Numbered from the stretch's first letter, positions 13,771-28,195 are shown. The stretch: DNA of 52,960 nucleotides from Basidiobolus meristosporus CBS 931.73 (GCA_002104905.1 MCFE01000612.1:1-52960), one strand, 5' to 3'. Translations and numbers: made by a program. The notes: generated from the letters alone by a model not told the origin.

Positions 13771-15183
13771 AAGATAACGCGCTATTCGATTATTGCTTTA
13801 CAAGGTTCTAAACGACCATCCATGTGGATGCTGATATAGCAGTCATCAACGAGGACGTAACCCATCTTGAGTAGCGGTTTGGGCTGATCACTTGACATGG
13901 TTTCAGAGCATGTTAGATTGGAGGCTGGTCATTTGGTGATTGCCAAAGCCTGAATAAGGAGAAACATATCTTAATGACTCTTTTAACCAACTTCCCCCGC
14001 AAGAACCTCGGATCGAAAAACGATTGAAACCAGATGAGCGAAATTTACCATTGCCCTAGGAGGTGACGCAACTGTGGTTCATAGCTGTTGAAGCGTGCTG
14101 TTACTCTATGGCAGCCAGAGCGGCCCTTTTGAGAGGATAGGTTAGCCTATATATGGCTTGCCATTAGCAATTCCAAACCACACCCCATTAGGTGGCTGAG
14201 GTTATTGGCTGTAGACACGTACGCATGATACCATTTTACCGATAGCCAGGTACAAATGTACTACAAAACCAGCCATTCTTTTTTGCCGAATGCATTCCAT
14301 TAGATACATATGCCATGAACTATATTAGATGCATCTTCAGATCTAATTTCCCTTCAAGCTTCAGCAGCTTTTCTCCATATTCAGTCCCAAACCGGCCTTC
14401 ACCAATCAGAGATGCGTCACTATCTGATCTTAGTGAAGTTGTTATCAGATTGTCGCCAAAATTATCTGATCTATTAGGTGTGGTGAACATCACGGATTTT
14501 GTGTGGCACCATCAGAGGAATGGAGTTGGAGCTATGGACGTCTCGTTGAGGAATGCTTTGTTCTGACCGTTTTCCCGAGTTCTCCTCTGGTGCTTGTTTT
14601 TTTCCGTGCGAAGTCAGCGTGGAGGGACAAGGCGGGGAACCTGACTAGAGGAGTGTTCACCGTGTTTGCAGGCTCTATGCGTGCGAACCTTTGGCCCTGT
14701 CTAACTACACCGCGTTCAACACATTGGGTCGTAAACTACGTCAAGTACTCATGCATGGTACCAGATATAGGTGAATTAGTAATCTGTACACTGAGGAGTA
14801 CCAAGTCCAATCTCAATTGGAGTAATCCGAGTTAGGGCAAGTTTCCCCAAAAGTCAACTTGGCAGCGATATTCAGAGTTGCTAGTCCATCAATTGGCTTT
14901 TTCTAGTCCCCGTGAAACCATATTTCAGGACGGATCCCAAAACAAGATCGGCCCATGATCGACTTTCATCCCTAGGCATCGAATTCCTAGACCACAATAC
15001 CAGGGACATAATATGATCGGACTAGACTATGGCAAATCTATTTCTGAGTTCTAGAAGCACCCTGGGGCACGTGATTGGATCCGCGATTACAATCAAGGCA
15101 GTATTTCCCGTATAAATATCTGGGCAAGAGGTATAGTGCCAAGTTCAAAATCGCTCTTCTAAAAAATTTGTCTCCAATCCCAA

Positions 15184-17188
15184 ATGGCTTCCCGAATCGC
15201 TTTTAATTATTCTCCGATTTTACATCACTCTAATATAAAAATGGAAAAAACCGGCTATCGGAACAACGACCTCCTCAAGGGCTCACTCCCAGGTAGCTTG
15301 AAGCAAAAGGCATATTTCGCCACCTTTTCTCGCCTGGTCGCTTGTCTGGTCAACGAGAAGCTTGTTCACTCCCGTCTAATCAATGCCCAGGCTTTGGGGG
15401 ATGCTGAGCACGAGTGGTGGTGTGTCATCTCAAACACTGACCTTGAAGCTGAGGATGACGAGATTTTGATGAAGCAGACTGGCACATTCATGCTTCCGCT
15501 GATGCATCTCCCTATTGTCGATCACTCCGTAGGAGTCAGCTTCATGGATCCCATGGATTGCGACTATCCAGCTTACATCGTACAGTCTATTTCTGATGAG
15601 GTATTGGGCGACAACCATTGGCTTGTTGAGAAACCTCTCTCTAACCCACAGGTTTTCAGATCGTGAATCTTGCTGTAGAGATTGATCCATGTGTATTGCT
15701 TAGGCAAATGGGAAAATGGAGAGATATTGATCAGGGTTTGATCGAGTCGATATGTGGTGAGCTGGCCAGCTCTGTCAAGCATACGGAGCATGCTTATCGC
15801 ACCAGAAAGCCCATTCCTTCTTGGAATTCCTCCAGTATCGCATGGGAACAGAGCATTGTGGAAGGCCATGCAACACACCCTGTAAGCTTCCGTGCTTCTA
15901 AACATGCTGCTTTTAGTATTGTCTGACTTTTTTGTTCTACGGATTCCAGATGCACAAGGCGAGGTTTGCTGTCCGTCCTCTTCCACCGCTCTCTTGGGAA
16001 GCCGATCTTTCAGCCCCAAACATTTGCTTTGTGGCCGTACCCCGTCAAAGGGTGATAATCCGTGGAGAGTTCGAACGTCTCATCAAACCTGCATTGTCTG
16101 CCATGACCGAAGAGGACCACAGCTTGTATGATCCTGAGGAAGATGTGATAATCCCTGTTCACGAATTGCAGCTCCCCAACGTTTTCGACAAGTTTCCTTT
16201 CGCCAAGTTGCTTTCTATTCGACAGCCAGCCAAGGCTTTGGCTGCTCTTCGTACTGTCTTCCTCGATGCGCTTCCCAAGCTTAACCTGAAGCTTTCCATT
16301 GGCATCAAAGTAAGCTCCTCCATGCGCACAATCACCCCTTGGACTACCTATCTAGGGCCGACCCTTCGCCCAGTTATCGATCAGGTCATTGAGGACAAGC
16401 AAATTCTCAAAATAGCTGATGAGCTAGCCAGTGTGGTGATTCGACACGACGATACAGATATCGCCAAACATTTAAGTTGTATAGTCCGCCAAGATACCGA
16501 CTCTTTGCTTGAGGGGACCAATGAAAAAGCAATCATCTGCTGCTCATTAGTTGAACGCGATGCCGATGGCCAGAGTTACGTAATCAAGGTGTTCGATCTA
16601 GACACACATGAGAAACGCCTAGAGTTCTTCAGATCGTATGCCGAGCTCTATCTTCGCTGCTTTGTGCGCCCTGTGGTTCAGCATGGATTTAGTTTTGAGG
16701 CCCATGGACAAAACGTGATCGCTAGATTCGACTCGATCACTCGTAAACTCGTAGGGTTCATTGTGCGCGATTTTGGAGGGATCAAGGTCCACCAGGAGAC
16801 CCTTGAGAAGTCGACCGGAATGCGGATGGATGTGCTGCCCAATGGTTGCGTGGAGGCCGACAACATTGAGGATGTCTACCATGTCGCCTTCCATACCATG
16901 TTCAACTGCCACATCCACCGACTGATCCGCGCCCTGGATCTTCACTACTCTGGAGAAGGATGGAGCATTGTTCGTGGCATACTAACCCAGCTGATCCCCA
17001 AAGACTCGCTTCTATACAAGGTTTGGCTCGAGGAGCCAGAGGTGGATCTCAAATGCTTTATCCAAATGAAGCTCGGAGGGCTGTATCGAGACTATATTTA
17101 TTGCAAGGTTCCCAACATTCTTCTCTACCAAAATGAACGCCAGCCAGGGAGACGTTGTAGATCCCCCTCACCTCCTGCAGACCGCTAA
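15184..17188 (+). CDS. IucA/IucC-family NRPS-independent siderophore (NIS) synthetase, rhizoferrin-synthetase-like, with introns
   Basis: FATFSRLVACLVNE, WEQSIVEGHATHP|MHKAR, KLSIGIKVSSSMRTITP, FEAHGQN and RDFGG motifs. TATAAATA at ~15,111. Confidence 0.85.
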
Positions 17189-19007
17189 TGTACCATTAGA
17201 GTTTAAGATTAATAACATGTATAGTTAATTGGCTGAGAAATCGGTCATTCATAGATACTTGAAGTCAATTATAAATATGATCCTGGGCTCATCAATACAA
17301 CGCCAACTTCTCACTTGGACTTCATGCCTGTTTGTGTGCTGGCGCTGCCGACCGGGGAGTAGGGAGGAGCTGTGTGCGCAGGCTTTTCTGCCAACTGGGA
17401 ATGAGGACATTGCGGCATATGCCCATTTACACCGATCGGGATATTACTCACTATCCTTGCCAGAATGTCGGATTGGATAGAAGTGTTCTTTGGAAATTCT
17501 AAATCAAGATTTCTATGGATTTAGCATGCAGATTTGGCATTGTTTCCATTTAGGCTTGGTTTGAGCAATCAATGGATCTAGAGATTAGCAAATCCACACA
17601 ATCCGGTGCGGATCTCATGACACCCACTTTCGCCGCAATCCACGGCATCCATTCTCAACATTCTATTTCCATTGTATGATTGCCCCATATTACTTCTTCA
17701 AGCGTATTATTTTCGGCCGCTTCCCAGATAGATTGTTTTATGAGCGTTGCAGGGCTCAATGGCCAAACGCGTACATATGGGGACAAGATAGCTGGGTGGT
17801 CAACACACACGTTGTCTTCTCATGCGGCTACCCTAACAGCCTCCAGATCAAATCTTCATTCCTTCAAACATCAGCCCAGCATAGTCAAGGTAGGAAGAAG
17901 AAAATTCCTGCGCTTTCCTCGGGCTCTGTATAGATACAACAGTGCAGAGCTACTTAAGAATAATCAGTATCCAGTTGGATGGCTGCTGGGGAGCTTTGAT
18001 TCAAGATGGCTAGTTGAGTGCGAGCTTGTATGGAAGACTTGGCACCCAATTCCGTTATCAGCATTTTGTCCTATTGGTCGGCTACGGTGCATGCTGCTTA
18101 TGTCGTTGGCTATGCTAGTCCAGCAGCACAGGTCTCAGGATAAGGTTAAGCCTGTCAAACGCGGATAGTCTGTCCTATGGGAGGGAGCTAGCGTCAATGC
18201 CACTTGGCTATCCACTCCCATCCGCATTCAACACCAGATGGCTTATCGCGGCACACCTTGGCGATTAGGTTGGCACAAAGCCTTTAGGCCATTAGCGGAT
18301 GCGCAGCGGATAGGCTCCAGCTAAAAAAGTTGACCCCGGATTCCGTGTCTTGCGTGTAGAGACGCGCAACTTGCAATGCCTGCATGTATCCACCTTGGAT
18401 CATCATCCCTCGCTAGTTTATCTGGGAAAGTCCCCTTGGATTCACTAGACTAGAGTGGCCGCGACCAGCATCGTGAACTGTTGGATTGTTGCAGCCAACA
18501 ATAGGATTTAGACAACGGAAGTAAACAAAGAGCTATCACATTGAATGCTAAATCGCAAACCACCCACTCCGTGACTGTTGGCAATAGTATAATGGAGAAC
18601 AGACATCAGTGTCCACCCATGGACAACCCCCACTTGGACAAATTTGCAAAGACATAGAACACCCCGGTGTGCACCAGTCTGGCAGTTGAAAAATGAGGCG
18701 CATAAATGCGGCCATGGCGACGGTGACTGAGAGAACGGCTCATTTGATCAAATCGAGGGGCAAAAAAAAAACGGATTACTAAGAATCTTAGTAAAACGAC
18801 TGTGGATAAAGAAAAAAAATTCAGTCCGCTTGGAAATTATTGAGGTGAATTACTTAATATGGGAATCGAGAGGAAAACTTATACAATCCTCTTGGTTACT
18901 AATTCCTTTTGGCGGGACTTTTTAAGAAATTTTCACTGGTCACTCTCTTCTCCGGTATCGTTGTTCTTTGTTTTTCTGTAGCTCTACACATACCATAGTA
19001 TTTTTTA

Positions 19008-21575
19008 ATGCCGCCAAAGTCAAAGAAGTTGGGAAACCTGGGAAAGGCGATTATCAGGGATCGTTTCAAGGGAAACACCCGTCCCAGAGATGATGCTACT
19101 ACCATGGTATTTTTTATTCTTTTTACCCAGAAGAATTGTTCTTGAGCAAAGTCTAAATTGCTCCACGCATAGCACACCACCGATTTGGATGACGGGCCAA
19201 AGTGGACCAAAATGCAATCCATCACCGAAGAAGGCGATCTCGATGCTTTCCTAAGAACCGCCCAACTGGCCGGAACCGAATTTACTGCTGGTTAGATCGT
19301 CTCTTTACCAACTCTATTTGGCCCTTGCCTAAACGTCATATATATCTATAGAGAAGTTGAACATCAAAGTAGTCACCAACGATTACCAAAACCCATTCTT
19401 ACTTAGCCCCGATAAGGAGCAAGAAACCTTGCAAAAGCAGGAAGAGAACAGGGAGAGGCTGACTGTCCCTAGAAGGTAGCCTGGTCCTTTTGCACACTGA
19501 TCAACTGGCTTTATGCTTACCTGCGGTTAACTTCATACAGACCTCACTGGGACAAATCCACTACCGCGGAACAATTACAACGCGACGAAAGAGAGTCCTT
19601 CCTGGATTGGAGAAGAGATCTAGCAATGTAAGATTCAGGTCTCATCCATGTCGCAGCCTTGTTCCTAATCCATTTGTGTGTCGTAGGTTGCAAGAAAACC
19701 ACGGACTTCTTCTCACTCCCTTCGAGAGGAATATCGAAGTTTGGCGCCAATTGTGGCGAGTCATCGAACGTTCCGACCTGGTCGTTCAAATTGTAGACGC
19801 CAGAAATCCCTCGTTCTTCAGATCCACAGATTTGGAAAAGTACGTCAACGAAGTGGATCCTACCAAGAAAAACTTGCTTCTCATCAACAAAGCTGATATG
19901 TTGACCGCGAGACAAAGGTAATTTGGGCGACTAATCAACCCTGCGTTTCGTGGATTTTAACCAATTGAACCTGCATAGAACCTTGTGGGCCGATTACTTC
20001 GACTCCGAGAACATTCATTACACCTTCTTCTCTGCCGCTCTTGCAAACAAGAAGCTTGAGGAAGAAGAGAGAGAAAGAGAAGAACTTGAGGAGAAAATGC
20101 TTCGTGCTCAGCTGTCCAACAGATTAGACGAAGAAGACGAAAGCGAAGAGGAGGACGAAGAAGAAGAAGAGGAGGCCAGGAAGCAGTCCGATGAAGAGGA
20201 GGAGGAGGATGAAGAAGAGGAGGAAATGTATGTATTCAGCGTTGCAGATTAAAACATCCATTCACTAACAGTGGTCTAGCAAAGGAAAGCCTTATATCCA
20301 TAAACACTATGAATCTCTTGATAACGAAGACGAGAGAATTCGAATCCGTTCCGCATCGGACCTGTTGGAGTTGTTCGAAACCGAGTGCCCCATCGTTGAA
20401 GGTTTGTAGGCTGCATATCGGACCGCGCTGGCTGGACACTGACGCCAAGATAACATATCCATAGGAAGAGTTGACGGTCAAGGCAAGCCTCGCAAGGCCA
20501 ACATCGGTTTGGTAGGCTACCCTAACGTCGGTAAAAGTTCTACCATCAACGCCTTAGCAGGCGAAAAGAAGGTGGCGGTTGGTGCCACCCCCGGAAAGAC
20601 CAAGCATTTCCAGGTAAATCCCTCTAGTTCTAGTCTCACCGAGGCATGTATTCACATCATTCTATAGACCATTCACCTGAGCGATACCATTCTTCTGTGC
20701 GATTGCCCTGGTCTTGTTTTCCCTTCGTTCGCTACCACCCAAGCTGACATGGTTTGTAACGGTGTTCTCCCCATCGATCAAATGCGCGAATACACAGGAC
20801 CAGCTGCATTGATCGCCCAACGTATTCCCAAGTGGTACATCGAGGCCACCTATGGTATTCATATCAAGACCAAGCCCAAAGAAGAGGGTGGATCTGGTGT
20901 CCCAACTGGCGAAGAGTTGCTAATTGCCTTTGCGCTCGCTCGTGGCTATACCAAATCTAGCCAGGGTAATCCTGATGAGTCGAAGGCAGCCCGTTTCATC
21001 TTCAAGGATTATGTTAACGTGAGTCTGGTCAACGCCTACGACTTATCTCAAGAAATCCATCCTAACCTTCTGTTCGTGATGTCTAGGGAAAACTCTTGTA
21101 CAATCACCCACCACCCACCGGAATCGAGTCCAGCGAATTCAACACCGAAATCTACGATCCCAAAAAGTTCGACCGCAGAAAGAAGTTCACCGCTGTTGCC
21201 GCTGCCGTTGCCGTGGCCGGGGTATGTTGTTTTGCTCCCGTGTTATTGAGAATCGGCTGCTAACTGAGGTTTCCGTAGGGAGACGAGCAAGACACTGAGA
21301 CAATCAAAGCTGTGGCCCCTGCCGGATCTACATCCTCTGCTTTAGATACTAACTTCTTTCACAAAACTCACACTGGACCCCAGGTGATTGGAAAGTTTGC
21401 CAAGGAGAATTTCAACCGTGTCAAACTCTATCCTCACCAACAGATGGTTGCCAACGACGGCAGCGTTATTAGCAGACGTGGACAAGCTCCTCCAGAAGAC
21501 ACTGGCAAGAAATCCCACAAGAAGGGGAAGAAGCATGTCAAAGTTCGCAATCGCATGGGTTATGACATCGCTTAA
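19008..21575 (+). CDS. LSG1: Large subunit GTPase 1 (60S export, circularly permuted GTPase)
   Basis: [85 protein letters not shown] and DCPGLVFP; acidic insert; several introns. Confidence 0.95.
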
Positions 21576-23268
21576 AATTGCACTCCATCAAGTTTATTAT
21601 ATATTTGACTTTTGTTTAATTTTATATAAAGATTATGTAATCCAAGAATGACCCCTTTTCACCAACAAGAAACATTCACGCATCAGAGTGGAATGAAACA
21701 AGGTTGGCTTGAGCATTGTGTCCAACAGCACTTGTACTCGAGGGAGGCGTGTGGATCAGCAGCCAATCCTTCCTGTTCAACCCATAGGGTCCTGGTACTG
21801 TCCATCCTAATGGGGCACATTATGCCATCACCGGATCGCATGCGATCTACACAAAGGCTAAACCATTATGGCTGATCCAAGTGAAATCTGAAGCACAGAC
21901 ACCATCCCTTCGTCCTAGGCGTTGGCAAGTCTTTGACAGCTCAATATGTACCCAATGTAAGCCAATCCATACTAGCACATGGCTCCAGGATCCCCTGATC
22001 CTACGCATTCTGCCAGTTAGCCCGCCAGCTCTCTATATCCAACACCCAGAAGCCACAATTGCGAGGGAACCAGACTGGGGTACAAACGGCGAGGAATACC
22101 CTGACCATGCACAGCCATGCAGGGTCGCAAGACCTTAGACTCACCACAAAGCGCAAGTGTGGGTATTGGATAGGCCCTGTCGCCGACTGACTGTGAGTTG
22201 CTTCACCAGCACTGATCCATGAATGGCTAATCATACCGAGACCGGCCCTGCCGGATACCGACCGCTCATGTGCCAATTTCCTAAGTACAGGGGCTGAAAG
22301 CATAAGCCACCTCTCTTGCCACATAGGTCGCACACCCCCTTATCGGGCGCCATCATGGGGATAGATGGCAGTCAGGTGATAACGGCGTGTCATCAGGCTA
22401 CAGTCTGTTTGATGGGCGCAGGTCCAATGAATTGGCACCCATCAAACATGCATGCCAGGGCCTTCGATGGTAAACATAATAGGGAAGTGGAGTTCCATTA
22501 AATTAAAATGGGATTCATACTTTCCTCCTCGCAGCAAGCGCACTCACGTGGCTGCATTGAAACAGGGTGCCACGAATCAGCATTCCGCCGGGATTTCCTT
22601 TTAGGTCATACCACAGTATGTATCACATATTTTGATCACTCCAACTTGATTTGACTGCTAGCCAGTTCCGTGAATCAATGTTAGATGATTGAACGCGTTG
22701 GGGCTACACATCATCGGCTGATTAAAATACTTTTCCCTTTAATTGATTTCTCTCTTCTGACTCAGACTTCCAATTTTATTCTTCCTTTCTCCCTTTAATA
22801 AGGTTTTCGACTCGCCAGCAGCTCTCACATTATATATACACTATTTTGCAATTTCTTTTTGACTTAATTTCTACTTCTGGTTGTCGTCATTCGAATTCTA
22901 TTCTGTTTCAACTATAATATCCGCATTAATAATATTTACTAGCTCTCTCTCAAAGTAAGTCCCGATATATTGCCATTTAATCGATTTCTAAAGTACTCTA
23001 TTCGATACATGTCGTGTATACTCATGGCTTCACCCACTTGTGTTCCCTCACCTTTTCTGCGTTGTATTCACCTTTCTTGCTTCCGAGTCGAACTCCATGC
23101 ACTTCACAGAGTCTCGACCCCTTTCTTGTTTTATGCGTATTTACGTGGAGTTGCTTTGAGACCAATGATTTATGGCTTTTTTTCTTAGGATTTGGCCAAA
23201 CAAATAGGTTCGCGCTCACTCCATTTGACCCCCAACACTCGTCAACTTCGTTTTTCGTTACGAGGGAT

Positions 23269-25424
23269 ATGGCGTTTCACTCAAACCAACCCGCCCAGAG
23301 AAGCAACATGATATTTCCCAATCGCAACCAAGGGATCAGCCATTGTCCAGAGCTCGGTCAAAATTTGAATCCGATCGGTGGTTTCAATCCTTTAGGAACT
23401 CTAGATTCGTTTGGCCCTCGGCAATTCGATGCAAATGAGTTCGACAATAGAGCCTACCTGAATTCGTCCGACCCTTGGAAAAGTGGCTCTACGCTATTAC
23501 AGCAGGAGCAAGGCGACTCCTCAAATCTACAGTGCTCGCTCCTGAGCAGCGTTCCCACCGATTTGAATGGCATCCAAAGCATCTCCAACTCTGCCTCCGG
23601 TTTTTCTAGCCAAGCGTTGCGGATCATGCCACAGAGCGCCGGGGAACTCCCGTATTTCCACCAGTCTCCTCTTGGTATGCTTGACGTTTCTCAATAGACA
23701 TGACACTCTCGGTTTGACATGATTGCATCTAGTGTCGGTCTCGCAACAGCAATATTCTGCGTACCAAAACCTCCCAACCTCCAATAACCAGTCTCAAGCC
23801 ATCTCAACCGCGCATATTGTCTCGCAGTCGCCCACTGCTTCATTCATAAGACGTTATCCGGACAATACTAATGCCATTGGTGGAATAGATCCGACTAGTT
23901 TGTCAAGTGGGATGGGGTACACTAACCAAGATTACTCTGGGGAGCTTGTCAGCTTGGTTAATTTTAGTAGAAACAATTTGACCTCATATGTTGTCAATGA
24001 TAATACCATGGTTGGTTTTTGCTAGTCTCTCCCAGTGAAGCCGCGAATGTAACTAACGGGCCATTTTGTAGACAAACTCCCTGCTCGCCGCCAAAACCAG
24101 CGGTACTTCGAGGAATGTAGAAGACAACAGTCAATTAATGTTCAACAGCATACAAAACGGTGAGGGCGAAGTGTCCGCCTCTTCACAGGGTAAAGCCATA
24201 TGGAAGGCTCGATAGCCAAAGCTGTTTTATCACATTGTATTCTAAAGCGCTTGGTTTCAATCAAGGCATTGATCCTCGAAGATCCCCGCAAAATTTGATC
24301 CTGACTCAGCCTGCACATCTCTCTCAATATCCTAGCGAAACGATAGCTCCCATTCAGATATCTGGTTCGCTTACCAAGGCCTCACATGACAAGTCTGTTA
24401 TGTCACCCAACACAAAGGCCCAAGGTAACACAGAAGAGGCGGGCATCAGGACCCCGAAGAGCAGTTCGAAAGCGCTCGATTCAGCGCAAAGTCCCACTTT
24501 GACTTTAAACACAACGCCTGCCGGACAGAAGCTCAAGAGACCCATGAATGCATTTCTGATCTATGCCAGTGAGCGAAGGCCGCAGCTTCAACAGGCAGAT
24601 CCAACGATGACCACAGCGGCTCAAAGTAAGATCCTTGGTGATGAATGGGCCAAGATGGAGGAGCCCCAGAAACAGGCATATGTTGAGCGCGCCCGAGCAC
24701 TGAAATCTCAGTTCCTGGAGACCAATCCGGATTACGTATACACCCGCCGTCCCAATAACACCAAAAAGAAGTATCGTCGGCGTTCTACTGGGGAAGGGGA
24801 TGTTGGAAGCCCGAAATTGAAAAGGCCGATGAATGCCTATCTCTTGTTCAATAAAGAAATGCGGCATAAATTGTTAGAGACCAATCCAAATATGAGCGTC
24901 GCCGAAATTAGTAAAGAAATAGGCGATCGGTGGAAGAACCTGAACGAAGTAAGAGACATGTGGCCTGATACTCACAGCAATCGTCCACTAATTCCATCAA
25001 TTAGGAGGAGCGTAACCGATACTTCACCGAGGCGCAAACCATTAAACGGGATTTTCTGGTGACGAATCCCGATTTTGTATATACAAGACGTTCGAAAGCC
25101 GAGATCGAGGCGAGGAAAAAGAGAGGGATGGAGGAAGAGGATGCTGCACTTACTCGAGACCCCAGGGGGCGCAAAAAGAAAAAGCAGAAGAACCCTACAG
25201 CCCCCAAGCATCCAATGTCAGGGTTTCTATTCTACCTCGCAGCGGTTCGCCCTCAGGTTGCTGAACAGTATCCTGGTAGTACTGTTGGTCCGATCAGCAA
25301 GATCATTGCGAGCCAGTGGAACTCCATGAGCCCTGAAAAGAGACTCCCTTGGGAGCAGAAGGCATCCGAAGACAAAGCCAGATATGCCAGAGAGATGGAG
25401 GAGTACTTGGCAGATAGACAATAG
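23269..25424 (+). CDS. Protein with three HMG boxes after a low-complexity N-terminus
   Basis: KLKRPMNAFLIY..W (24,529-24,750); KLKRPMNAYLLF..W (24,817-25,090, intron-split); APKHPMSGFLFY..W..KARYAREM (25,195-25,415). The start codon is approximate. Confidence 0.85.
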
Positions 25425-26547
25425 CCTCCAGCCTTCTGCAACATCACATGGCCCTTGTTTTTTATGAAAATCTCAAATGTACATGAGTGGTCGCATGTAT
25501 ATTTTTCCACTTGTAGTACTCCACATCAATATTCGGCAGAGCAAGTCCGCACTGTCTTCATACTGTACAAATCAGCCTAAAAGAGGTTTCTTCATTCAGC
25601 AGGAGTTTCATTAAAGGTTTATTAGGAATGAGTAGCTCCGCATTTGTCGATAGGCGGAGCCTACATCGGGGGAGGGGATACCGGCAGCCAGTTTCCATCT
25701 TTTGCGAATGAGGCCGGGCGGGATTTGCAAGTGCAGGTGAATCAAGAACGCACGAGTGGTATTGGCGGACCTGTTTAGATCCCTGTGTGAGGATGGCTGG
25801 CCAGGTACGAGCGGCGATGATCATCCAATTGCTCAGATGGATAGGGCTTGCCTTCATACCCAGTTGACCCAAACCCACAGGTCGAGAATCCTGCTGGGCA
25901 TGCGTAGAGGCAGTTTGAAGGTGACCAAGACATTCGTCCATCCACTCCTTGCGATGCTAGGAATTTGCTAATGGTGGTGGAAGGGTGCGTGGTTTGCACA
26001 TGCACGAAGATGCGTGTGGATTGCATGGTTGGAAAGGGGAATACCAGAGGCATGTCCATGAAGACGCCATGGCAGCCGTCATTTCGAGGTGGGATGGTGA
26101 TCCAAGGCGCTTCAAGTCCCAGTTGCCCACATCATCCAGCTCATCGTCGAGATTAGCAGAGTCGCCCATGTACGCCCACTTCCATACCACGGGCACCAAT
26201 TTTGATACACGATCCAGCGGTCAACGACTGATGCTGAAACGTCGATGGTGGATGGCTTGCTGTTGTGTGAAACCTATGTACCGGTGGTTTCGGATGGCTG
26301 ATGTGCGGGACGTTTCACAGTTGTTGAGAACAGTTCGATGTCCACAGGAAACGTTGTTAGGGCCATTTCCACGCATTGCCCAACCTCAAAATCCGGAGCA
26401 AATCAGTAGACACCGTTGCCCATCGACTTTTCAACCGGAGGAATCCCTTATAAATCCATTTCTTCAGGGCCATTCGATTTTGGGATTTTCTCTACTCTCC
26501 ATTCCCAGCCACATCCTCGGTCCTGCCAACGCCTTGCCACGTCTGTC

Positions 26548-26856
26548 ATGAGATTCCTCCTTTTCTTCTTCCTGGCCCTCATCCTAGGCACGAGCCTCCT
26601 CTCTGCCCAAGAAGTCGCCCAGACGATGCCAATCGCTAAACCCGACACCAGATCGTTCCCCCGTAGAGTAATCACCCGCCTCGGGACCGCAGCGGCCCTA
26701 ACGGCGCAGTCGTTCCTCAAGGGACTGAACCGCCACATCGCAGGGGACGGCAAATTTAATGGGAAGCTTCACGGCGAGGGCCGCGGTAGCTTATATAAGT
26801 TGAAAGGCAATATCAAGTGGGATGGATTCGTCAAGTCCAAATTTGGGGTTTACTAA
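26548..26856 (+). CDS. Small secreted cationic Gly-rich protein (102 aa)
   Basis: Signal-peptide-like MRFLLFFFLALILGTSLLSA, dibasic PRR, basic Gly-rich C-terminus; TATAAAT ~100 bp upstream. Confidence 0.6.
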   Translation: MRFLLFFFLALILGTSLLSAQEVAQTMPIAKPDTRSFPRRVITRLGTAAALTAQSFLKGLNRHIAGDGKFNGKLHGEGRGSLYKLKGNIKWDGFVKSKFGVY

Positions 26857-28195
26857 CGACGTAGTGCCGGTTTGCCATATAAACCAACCCAGAGTGTGGT
26901 TGTGATGAGGTGCTCTGGAGATAGACGCATGTCCCCCTAGCCAAACATGCTTGTTCGCTTCTAGTGAGCCTGTTAGGCAAGCAACAATAAAAAGCTGGTT
27001 CAATCAATAGCCTTCTGGCAGTGTCCACTTCACGCGCATCATTTGCGTCAAGTATTCATCCAACTATACGAGTGAGGGCCAGGGCTCATGTCAGGTTACC
27101 GGAAGCCCCTTGTTGGCTTGAGGAAAGAAGCTCCAAGCCCCAAGCCAGATTCCGGGACTGTCCTGTGCTGGATATATACGGCCAATCCCAGTATGTCCAC
27201 AACCTTTACTACTTGACAGTGTTCAAAAGCACTGGCGGTTCCCGCAGTGCTACTATCTGGCTATTGAAGGCTTCGGTTGTCCCGCATATCGTAGCTCGGA
27301 GAGCCAGGCATCCCACAGCAATCGGTATGATCTCTCGAAACCCAAGCCTATCGATGAGATTCGAGCTACCATAGTCAAAATATACGCTACCGGGCTGGGG
27401 ACACGGTTGGCGGTGGATCCACGTCGAACTGAAGGGGCCTTTTCCCTTGCTGGCATACGGAGTGAAAGTAAGGCGCTCACGCTCTTTTGCAAAACCTAGG
27501 AAAACTCGAGAAAAGCGCTGCGGAGGGTCTTGGAGAGGGATACGTGCAAGAGATGGGGCCTATTGAAGACCTATTGAGGAATGTCTTGGTCATTGATGAC
27601 GCTGGGTTGTGGAGGAACCCAAGCACTGGAAATTTTCCAATGAAGCCAACAATCCAATATGGTTTCACGTGATTTAATGATAATCCAGACTTTCTCCCAG
27701 ACAAAATCACTTGGCTGATTGTTCCAATATTGAATATCTACTTGGGCATTTGTTTAAAGGATGGAGCTTGGTACACAGTTTATGTTCTCCTTCCTCAAGC
27801 CACTGATTCCATTATATTTACATAAGATCACACCATATGTGTGATTACCAAATTCCAAAGGCCAGAATTGACTATTACTTTCAAACATGTGAAAGTGGCC
27901 CATGCATTTGATGTTAGTGCTCTTAACTTGCTTCTAGCTTCAGAAATGGTATAACTAACCTGTTATAGTCACTTGGGGAAAATCATGCTCTGCTGTAGTA
28001 GTGTTAATTCATTCTCAGCAGCTTCAAAGATGCCCATCACCCAAACTTTGTGCTGACTGACCTCCAAAAAATTTGAGGATGAATGGTTGCTATTGCACAA
28101 TATGGTAACATGAAGCAAGTAAAGTTATTAAATCTGAGAAAGTATAATAATATAGGGGGATGATAATCACCAAAGAGTGAAATCATTGTTTAAGG

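Noticed and set aside
17200-18900. Short ORFs and possible RNA genes between the NIS synthetase and LSG1 (also 21,600-23,000 and 25,500-26,400)
   Set aside because: No recognisable motifs, tRNA cloverleaf or consistent exon structure.
20060-20225. GAA/GAG-rich simple repeat
   Set aside because: It encodes the acidic insert of LSG1.
23269-25424. Mating-type (sexP/sexM) locus
   Set aside because: It is a three-box protein, and the flanking triose-phosphate transporter and RNA helicase genes typical of Mucorales sex loci are not in the window.
27021-27672. ORF fragments with VLVIDDAG (Walker-B-like) and WIHVELKGPFP (integrase-like) words
   Set aside because: The motifs are isolated, in different frames and have no supporting context, so no call is made.
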